A stretch of DNA of 32,000 bases from Mycobacterium tuberculosis H37Rv (lineage in GTDB: Bacteria; Actinomycetota; Actinomycetes; Mycobacteriales; Mycobacteriaceae), in contig NC_000962.3 of assembly GCF_000195955.2 (NCBI RefSeq), positions 3,780,001 to 3,812,000 of the forward strand. The letters are read 5' to 3'. Below are positions 25,621 through 32,000 of this stretch, piece by piece. The notes below the pieces were generated by a model that did not search any database, was not told the origin of the DNA, and worked only from the letters and a program-made list of their open reading frames with translations. The number at the start of each line of letters is the position of its first letter. Position 1 is the first letter of the stretch. The translations under genes were made by a program, and so were the position numbers.

Positions 25621-27573
25621 ATGCGGTACGTCGTTACCGGCGGTACCGGGTTTATCGGGCGCCACGTGGTATCCCGTCTCCTGGACGGCCGACCCGAGGC
25701 ACGGCTGTGGGCGCTGGTTCGCCGCCAGTCGTTAAGCCGCTTCGAGCGCCTCGCCGGCCAGTGGGGTGACCGGGTAAGACCGCTGGTCGGTGATCTCACG
25801 GAGCTCGAACTGTCCGAGCGGACCATCGCCGAGCTAGGCGATATCGACCATGTGCTGCACTGTGCGGCGGTACACGACACCACCTGGGCCGACGCCACCC
25901 GCGCCGTCATCGAGCTGGCGGCACGCCTTGACGCCACGTTTCATCACGTGTCGTCGATCGCGGTGGCCGGAGACTTCGCCGGCCACTACACCGAGGCCGA
26001 CTTCGACGTCGGCCAGCGCCTACCGACCCCGTATCATCGGATGACATTCGAGGCCGAACGGCTGGTGCGCTCCACGCCCGGCCTGCGCTATCGCATCTAC
26101 CGCCCGGCGGTGGTGGTGGGTGATTCGCGCACCGGCGAGATGGACACGATCGACGGACCCTACTACTTGTTCGGGGTGCTGGCCAAGCTGGCGGTGTTGC
26201 CGTCGTTCACCCCGATGCTGCTGCCGGACATTGGGCGCACCAACATCGTGCCGGTCGACTATGTGGCCGACGCGCTGGTGGCGCTCATGCACGCCGACGG
26301 CCGGGATGGGCAGACGTTTCATTTGACCGCGCCGACAGCAATCGGACTGCGCGGCATCTACCGCGGGATCGCCGGCGCGGCCGGACTGCCCCCGCTACTC
26401 GGGACGCTGCCCGGCTTTGTGGCCGCACCGGTGCTCAACGCGCGCGGCCGCGCCAAGGTGCTGCGCAACATGGCGGCCACCCAACTGGGAATTCCCGCCG
26501 AGATTTTCGACGTCGTCGGCTGCGCGCCCACGTTCACGTCCGACACAACCCGGGAAGCGTTGCGCGGCACCGGCATTCACGTCCCCGAATTCGCCACCTA
26601 CGCGCCCGGGCTGTGGCGGTATTGGGCCGAGCACCTCGACCCCGACCGCGCGCGTCGCAACGATCCGCTGCTGGGCCGCCACGTCATCATCACCGGTGCG
26701 TCCAGCGGCATCGGGAGGGCATCGGCGATCGCCGTCGCCAAACGGGGTGCGACGGTATTCGCGCTGGCCCGCAACGGCAACGCGCTAGATGAGCTGGTCA
26801 CCGAGATCCGCGCCCATGGCGGTCAGGCGCACGCATTCACCTGCGACGTCACCGATTCCGCGTCGGTGGAGCACACCGTCAAGGACATCCTGGGCCGTTT
26901 CGACCACGTGGACTACCTGGTGAACAACGCCGGCCGGTCGATACGCCGCTCGGTGGTCAACTCCACCGACCGGCTGCACGACTACGAGCGGGTGATGGCG
27001 GTCAACTACTTCGGCGCGGTGCGCATGGTGCTGGCGCTGCTGCCGCATTGGCGCGAGCGCCGGTTCGGCCACGTCGTCAACGTCTCCAGCGCCGGCGTGC
27101 AGGCCCGCAATCCCAAGTACAGCTCGTATCTGCCCACCAAGGCCGCGCTGGACGCGTTCGCCGACGTGGTCGCCTCCGAGACGCTGTCCGACCACATCAC
27201 GTTCACCAACATCCATATGCCGCTGGTGGCCACCCCGATGATCGTGCCGTCGCGGCGGCTCAACCCGGTGCGCGCGATCAGCGCCGAACGCGCGGCGGCG
27301 ATGGTGATCCGCGGACTCGTGGAAAAGCCGGCGCGCATCGACACTCCGTTGGGTACGCTCGCCGAAGCCGGCAACTACGTCGCGCCACGGCTGTCGCGCC
27401 GAATTCTGCACCAGCTCTATCTGGGCTATCCCGATTCAGCTGCAGCGCAGGGGATTTCGCGTCCAGACGCGGACCGCCCACCGGCGCCGCGGCGTCCCCG
27501 GCGATCCGCCCGCGCGGGAGTCCCGAGGCCGCTCAGGCGCTTGGGGCGACTGGTGCCCGGTGTGCATTGGTAG
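25621..27573 (+). CDS. acrA1: Two-domain fatty acyl-CoA reductase / short-chain dehydrogenase AcrA1 (Rv3391)
   Basis: 650 aa. N-terminal Rossmann motif VTGGTGFIGRHV. C-terminal SDR motifs ITGASSGIGRA, NNAG and YSSYLPTKAA (YxxxK). Confidence 0.93.
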   Translation: MRYVVTGGTGFIGRHVVSRLLDGRPEARLWALVRRQSLSRFERLAGQWGDRVRPLVGDLTELELSERTIAELGDIDHVLHCAAVHDTTWADATRAVIELAARLDATFHHVSSIAVAGDFAGHYTEADFDVGQRLPTPYHRMTFEAERLVRSTPGLRYRIYRPAVVVGDSRTGEMDTIDGPYYLFGVLAKLAVLPSFTPMLLPDIGRTNIVPVDYVADALVALMHADGRDGQTFHLTAPTAIGLRGIYRGIAGAAGLPPLLGTLPGFVAAPVLNARGRAKVLRNMAATQLGIPAEIFDVVGCAPTFTSDTTREALRGTGIHVPEFATYAPGLWRYWAEHLDPDRARRNDPLLGRHVIITGASSGIGRASAIAVAKRGATVFALARNGNALDELVTEIRAHGGQAHAFTCDVTDSASVEHTVKDILGRFDHVDYLVNNAGRSIRRSVVNSTDRLHDYERVMAVNYFGAVRMVLALLPHWRERRFGHVVNVSSAGVQARNPKYSSYLPTKAALDAFADVVASETLSDHITFTNIHMPLVATPMIVPSRRLNPVRAISAERAAAMVIRGLVEKPARIDTPLGTLAEAGNYVAPRLSRRILHQLYLGYPDSAAAQGISRPDADRPPAPRRPRRSARAGVPRPLRRLGRLVPGVHW

Positions 27574-28437
27574 TCACTTCTGGCAGGTGAACTGGTTGAC
27601 GTCGATGTATCCGATGCGAAACATCTCGGCGCAGCCGGTGAGGTACTTCATATACCGCTCGTAGACTTCCTCGGATTGCAGCGCGATGGCCTGGCCCTTG
27701 TTGGCCTGCAACGCCGCGGACCAGAGGTCGAGGGTTTTCGCATAGTGCGGCTGCAACGATTGAACTCTGGTGACGGTGAAGCCGTTTGCGCTGGCACACT
27801 CCTGCACCATCGGTATCGAGGGCAGCCGCCCACCCGGAAAGATCTCGGTCACAATGAATTTCAGGAAACGAGCGAAGGTGAACGACATGGGCAGGCCGCG
27901 TTCGTGGATCTCTTTCGGATGCAACCCGGTGATGGTGTGCAGCAGCATGACCCCGTCAGCGGGCAGCAGGCGATGCGCCAGGCTGAAGAACGCGTCGTAG
28001 CGCTCGTGACCGAAATGTTCGAAAGCACCGATGCTGACGATGCGGTCGACGGGCTCGTCAAACTGTTCCCAGCCGGCCAGCAGAACGCGTTTGGAGCGTA
28101 GATTTTCGGAGTTGGCGACCAGCTGCTGAACGTGGTTGGCCTGGTTTTTGCTCAGGGTCAGACCGACGACGTTGACGTCGTATTTTTCCACCGCGCGCAT
28201 CATGGTGGCGCCCCAGCCGCAGCCGACGTCCAACAGTGTCATGCCCGGCTGCAATCCGAGTTTGCCCAGCGCGAGATCGATCTTGGCGATCTGCGCCTCT
28301 TGCAGCGTCATGTCGTCGCGCTCGAAGTAGGCGCAGCTGTAGGTCTGAGTGGGATCGAGGAACAGCCGGAAGAAGTCGTCGGACAGGTCGTAGTGCGCCT
28401 GCACGTTGGCGAAGTGCGGCTTCAGCTCGTCGGGCAT
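27574..28437 (-). CDS. cmaA1: Cyclopropane mycolic acid synthase 1 (SAM-dependent; Rv3392c)
   Basis: 287 aa from ATG 28437 (MPDELKPHFANVQAHYDLSDDFFRLFLDPTQTYSCAYF). SAM motif LLDVGCGWGATM. The track's upstream extension to 28695 is Arg-rich nonsense overlapping iunH. Confidence 0.95.
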   Translation of the reverse strand: MPDELKPHFANVQAHYDLSDDFFRLFLDPTQTYSCAYFERDDMTLQEAQIAKIDLALGKLGLQPGMTLLDVGCGWGATMMRAVEKYDVNVVGLTLSKNQANHVQQLVANSENLRSKRVLLAGWEQFDEPVDRIVSIGAFEHFGHERYDAFFSLAHRLLPADGVMLLHTITGLHPKEIHERGLPMSFTFARFLKFIVTEIFPGGRLPSIPMVQECASANGFTVTRVQSLQPHYAKTLDLWSAALQANKGQAIALQSEEVYERYMKYLTGCAEMFRIGYIDVNQFTCQK

Positions 28438-28460
28438 TGGGATAGCGTATCGTCGTCGCG

Positions 28461-29387
28461 GTGAGCGTCGTATTCGCCGACGTCGACACCGGCATCGACG
28501 ACGCGCTGGCCGTGATCTATCTGCTGGCCAGTCCCGACGCCGATCTGGTCGGCATCGCCTCGACCGGCGGAAACATCGCGGTAGGTCAAGTGTGCGCGAA
28601 CAACCTGAGCTTGCTCGAATTGTGCGGTGCCGCAGACATCCCCGTGTCCAAAGGCGCCGATGAGCCGCTCGGCGGCCGGTGGCCCGATCACCCAAAGTTT
28701 CACGGCCCCAAGGGGATAGGCTATGCCGAGCTGCCGGCCAGCAATCGCCGGCTCACCGATTATGACGCCACGACGGCCTGGATCGCGGCGGCGCACTCCC
28801 ACGCCGGCGACCTGATCGGTCTGGTCACCGGCCCGCTGACCAACCTGGCGCTGGCGCTGCGCGCCGAACCCGCGCTGCCGAGGCTGCTGCGCCGGCTGGT
28901 GATCATGGGCGGCATGTTCGACGGCCAGCCGATCACCGAATGGAACATCCGGGTGGATCCCGAGGCGGCCAGCGAGGTGTTCACCGCGTGGGCCGGACAA
29001 CGACAACTGCCGATCGTGTGCGGTTTGGATCTCACCCGGCGGGTCGCGATGACACCGGACATTCTCGCCCGGCTGGCGTCCGTCTGCGGCTCGTCTCCGG
29101 TGATGCGGGTGATCGAGGACGCGCTGCGGTTCTACTTCGAGTCTCATGAGGCGCGCGGACATGGGTACCTGGCATATATGCACGACCCGCTGGCCGCCGC
29201 GGTCGCAATGGACCCGGAACTCCTGACGACCCGGACCGCGACGGTGGATGTCGACCCGACGGGGGCGACGGTCACCGACTGGTCCGGGAAGCGAAATCCC
29301 AACGCGCGGATCGGCATGAGCGTCGATCCGGCGGTGTTCTTCGACCGGTTCGTCGAACGGATCGGACGATTCGCGCGCCGAACGTGA
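28461..29387 (+). CDS. iunH: Inosine-uridine preferring nucleoside hydrolase IunH (Rv3393)
   Basis: 308 aa. N-terminal Asp cluster VFADVDTGIDDALAV, which is diagnostic of nucleoside hydrolases. GTG start at 28461. Confidence 0.92.
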   Translation: MSVVFADVDTGIDDALAVIYLLASPDADLVGIASTGGNIAVGQVCANNLSLLELCGAADIPVSKGADEPLGGRWPDHPKFHGPKGIGYAELPASNRRLTDYDATTAWIAAAHSHAGDLIGLVTGPLTNLALALRAEPALPRLLRRLVIMGGMFDGQPITEWNIRVDPEAASEVFTAWAGQRQLPIVCGLDLTRRVAMTPDILARLASVCGSSPVMRVIEDALRFYFESHEARGHGYLAYMHDPLAAAVAMDPELLTTRTATVDVDPTGATVTDWSGKRNPNARIGMSVDPAVFFDRFVERIGRFARRT

Positions 29388-29441
29388 ACTGACGGCGGGA
29401 TTTTCCCGAAATTCTCGCCCTGACGTCACGTTCGGCGCAAG

Positions 29442-31025
29442 TCATTCGTAGCTTCCCTCCAGATACCACCGCCGCTGCCGGTAGCACAGCAGCAACGCGG
29501 TGCCGGGATCGCCGTCCAGCAATACCTGAGCGCGCGCGGTGCGGCCACTCGCCCGATCCGGATCCCACCACCGCTCGTCGTCCGGCCACGGTCCGGCCCA
29601 CCAGCGCAGCCGATCGTCTCGGCCACGAACCCTCAGCCGCGCCGGGTCCGCGGAGAACATCCCCCGGCTGGTCACCCGTATCGGGTTTCCTTGGGCGTCA
29701 AGCAAGTCCACCGGATCGTCGAACAGCACCGCCGGCGACGGGTCGGGCAACCTGCCGGGCCACGGCTGACCGGGGTCGGCCTGCGGCACCGGCTCAGGGG
29801 CTACTAGGCCCAGCACGGTCAACGTGATGCGTTCGGCCGGGCCGTGTCCGCCGGATAGCACCGGCACCCGCACGGCCTCCGGACCGAGCAAGCCCTGCAC
29901 CCGCACCAGCGCCCGACGGGCCCGAAGCCTGTCCTGTTCACCGAGCCCGCCCCATAGCGGCAACTGCAAGCCTTCCGATGCGGACACCGTCTCCACCGCC
30001 TGCAGCCGCAGCAGAGTCACCGCCGCGGTGGGCCGGTCACGAGCATTCCGGTTGTTCAACCACCCGTCCAGTTGCCAGCGCACCCGGTCGGCGGTGGCGT
30101 CCTCGGTCAGCGGCTCGGCGCACCGCCACACCCGGCTGCGCTCTTCGCCGTTGGCGGTGACGGCATGAATGGCCAGCCGGGTGCAGCCCACTCCGGCGGC
30201 CATCAGCGCCCGATGCAGCTCGGCGGCCAGCGAGCGCCCGGCGAACGCCGCGGCGTCGACCCGGTCGATCGGCGGATCGCATGCCAGCTCGGCGGCCAGA
30301 TCCGGCGGCGGCTCCCGCCCGCAGGGCGCCCGTTCCGGTTCGCCGCGGGCGAACCGGTGCGCGGCCACCGCGTCGGCACCGAACCTGGACGCCACGTCGG
30401 TACGAGACAGCGCGGCGAACTGTCCGATGGTGCGAATCCCCATCCTCCACAACAGATCCGTCAGGTCGTCCCGGCCCGGCCCGGACAGGCTCGGCTCGGT
30501 GGCAAGTTGGCGGATCGACAGCAGCGACAGAAACCGCGCATCGCCTCCCGGCTCCACGATGCGGCCAGCACGCGCGGCGAAAACCGCGGTAGACAACCGG
30601 TCGGCGATTCCGACCTGACACTCCGCGCCGGCCGCGGCCACCGCGTCGATCAGCCGCTCGGCCGCCATCTGCTCGGACCCGAAAAAACGGGCCGGCCCGC
30701 GCACCGGCAACACCAGGAGCCCGGGCCGCAGCAGCTCGGCGCGGGGCACCAGATCGTCTACCGCCGCGATCACCCCTTCGAAGAGCCGGGCGTCGCGGTC
30801 GGCGTCGGCAGTCGCTATAAACAGTTGCGGACACCGCGCCGCCGCCTCCCGACGCCGCAACCCTCGGCGCACCCCGGCCGCCCGCGCGGTCGCCGAGCAG
30901 GCGATCACCCGGTTTGCCAACGTGACCGCGACCGGGGCCGTCGCGGATAGGCCCGCGGCCGCGGCCGCCGCGACCGCGGGCCAGTCCATACACCAGATCG
31001 CCAGCACGCGAGCGGAGGCCATCAC
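29442..31025 (-). CDS. imuB: ImuB, a Y-family-polymerase-like, catalytically inactive mutasome scaffold (Rv3394c)
   Basis: 527 aa with Y-family-like N-terminal organisation. It contains the beta-clamp-binding motif QLPLWG (..[12 protein letters not shown]..). Loss of catalytic acidic residues is established for this family. Its start overlaps the imuA' stop (GTGATG). Confidence 0.92.
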
Positions 31026-31636
31026 CGTCCACGCCCGTTGATCTGCAGCCGCACCCCACTGATCCGCCCCAACCCCGGGGTGGGCACGCCCCTGAGGGCC
31101 GGGGTGATCTCATAGCCGCAGACCCGGGCCGCAAGCCGCGTCGACACGCCTTGCCAGTCGCCGTCGGTGACCAGCAGGGTGCAGCCTTTTTGACGGGCAC
31201 GGGCCACCACTGCCCGCGCCCGCGCCCGCGTCACCCGGCGCCCTCCCAGACCGAGCACCACCAGATCCATGCCGTCGATCAGCACAGCGGCCACCTCAAC
31301 CGGATCGGTCCCGGGATCTGGTATCACCGCGAGCCGGCTCAGATCCGCCCCCATCTCCACCGCGGCCAGCAACCCGATATCCGGCTGGCCAACGATGGCC
31401 GCGTTTCCCCCGGCCGCCGTCACCGATGCCACCATGCTCAGCAGCAGTGACCGCGCACCCGACAGCACTCCCACCGTCCCCGGGGGCAACGACACCGGTC
31501 CCGCCGGCACCAGGTCGCCCGAACGGCTGGGCCCCCCGGACACCTTCTCGGACAGCAAAGCCATCTGCCGTCGTAGTGATTCGAGCTGCTCAGCACCATT
31601 TTCAAGGCGTTGGTCGGAGGCGAAGGCCGCAGTCAT
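31022..31636 (-). CDS. imuA': ImuA' (RecA/SulA-fold mutasome accessory protein; Rv3395c)
   Basis: 204 aa from ATG 31636, with AGGAGG 7 nt upstream and an SOS box just upstream of that. The track's extension to 31906 crosses the promoter and operator and is rejected. Confidence 0.88.
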
Positions 31637-31650
31637 GACCAGCCTCCTGT

Positions 31651-31666
31651 TCGAAAATATGTTCGA
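31651..31666. promoter_or_regulatory. LexA operator (SOS box) of the imuA'-imuB operon
   Basis: TCGAAAATATGTTCGA (minus strand TCGAACATATTTTCGA) has one mismatch to TCGAAC-N4-GTTCGA. It lies between a TTGACG-N17-TTTACT promoter-like pair and the SD. Confidence 0.85.
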
Positions 31667-31703
31667 AGTCAGTAAACACCCGTCCTTGGAGTCCGTCAAG
31701 GTC

Positions 31704-32000
31704 ATGAGAGGCTGCCTTGTGCAATCGCGTAAAACCACCTCGGTACTGGCGGCTGCCCTGCTGTTTTGCGGCCTGTTAGGCCCAGGGACGGCCCCACCGG
31801 CCACCGGTGGCGGGCCTGCCTGCCGGCCGGCAGAGCTCTTCGCCACCGACAACACCACCGATGGGTTCGAGCTACCGGCCGTTGCGACTATCGCACTAAC
31901 CGGCACGGTGGTGACCGGATCGACCCTGGTCGACGGCGTGTTCTGGTCGAATGAGCGCCAGCAGATCGGCTACGAGCGCTCCCGTGAATTTCATCTGTGC
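31704..32000 (+). CDS. 5' part of a secreted/membrane protein gene running off the window (Rv3395A)
   Basis: ATG 31704 opens a frame that stays open to the window end: [36 protein letters not shown].., a hydrophobic signal-like N-terminus. It is not in the track because there is no stop in the window. Confidence 0.65.

Noticed and set aside
27574-28695. The 373-aa version of cmaA1, and the 335-aa minus-strand ORF 28422..29429 antisense to iunH.
   Set aside because: The cmaA1 extension upstream of MPDELKPHF is Arg-rich nonsense overlapping iunH. iunH carries the nucleoside-hydrolase DxDxxxDD signature on the plus strand.
29421-29428. TGACGTCA palindrome between iunH and imuB, considered as a possible CRP/CRE-type site.
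   Set aside because: It is only 8 bp, lies between two convergent 3' ends where no promoter is expected, and does not match the mycobacterial CRP pattern TGTGA-N6-TCACA.
30037-31200. 387-aa (minus strand) and 292-aa (plus strand, 30072..30950) ORFs overlapping imuB.
   Set aside because: They are alternative-frame or antisense Arg/Gly-rich shadows. The imuB frame carries the QLPLWG clamp motif and overlaps the imuA' stop codon, consistent with translational coupling.
31637-31906. The 90-codon upstream extension of imuA' (track start 31906).
   Set aside because: It would read through the SD, the SOS box, the promoter-like elements and the divergent Rv3395A start. ATG 31636 with AGGAGG upstream is the supported start.

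Overview
High-GC actinobacterial chromosome. From the protein sequences, PE/PGRS repeats and a complete IS6110, I recognise it from memory (no search was run) as the Mycobacterium tuberculosis complex region Rv3367 to Rv3395A. Gene order is: PE_PGRS51 3' end, nitroreductase, PPOX/F420 protein, dnaE2 (SOS box), WS/DGAT Rv3371, otsB2, split echA18/echA18.1, amiD and HAD Rv3376. Next comes the minus-strand isoprenoid/tuberculosinyl-adenosine cluster: idsB-lytB1-dxs2(IS6110-disrupted)-Rv3378c-Rv3377c. After it come vapBC46, a defective IS1560, PE_PGRS52, htdY, lpqD, acrA1, cmaA1, iunH, imuB-imuA' (SOS box) and the start of Rv3395A. I do not see a convincing undescribed multi-gene system. The two system-level units, the TbAd biosynthetic island and the split imuA'-imuB/dnaE2 mutasome, are both already described. 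The details worth a second look are smaller. (1) dxs2 carries a frameshift in addition to the IS6110 insertion, and its original ATG is stranded on the far side of the IS. (2) IS6110 is oriented so that its reported outward promoter would read into Rv3378c-Rv3377c. (3) The dnaE2 LexA box covers the annotated start, and a -10/leaderless arrangement points to a GTG 21 nt downstream. (4) An unannotated 34-codon PE leader relic with a strong SD lies after otsB2. (5) echA18 is broken by a single in-frame TGA at the conserved Gly of the crotonase GLV motif. (6) LpqD has nearly all histidine-phosphatase catalytic residues substituted. (7) Rv3371 has a degenerate HHxxxDG motif. (8) A perfect 24-bp hairpin sits between PE_PGRS52 and htdY. 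(9) Three loci (vapB46, cmaA1/iunH, dnaE2) have promoter-like geometry suggesting leaderless transcripts or mis-set starts. Many long ORFs in the track are GC-driven shadow frames and were rejected.
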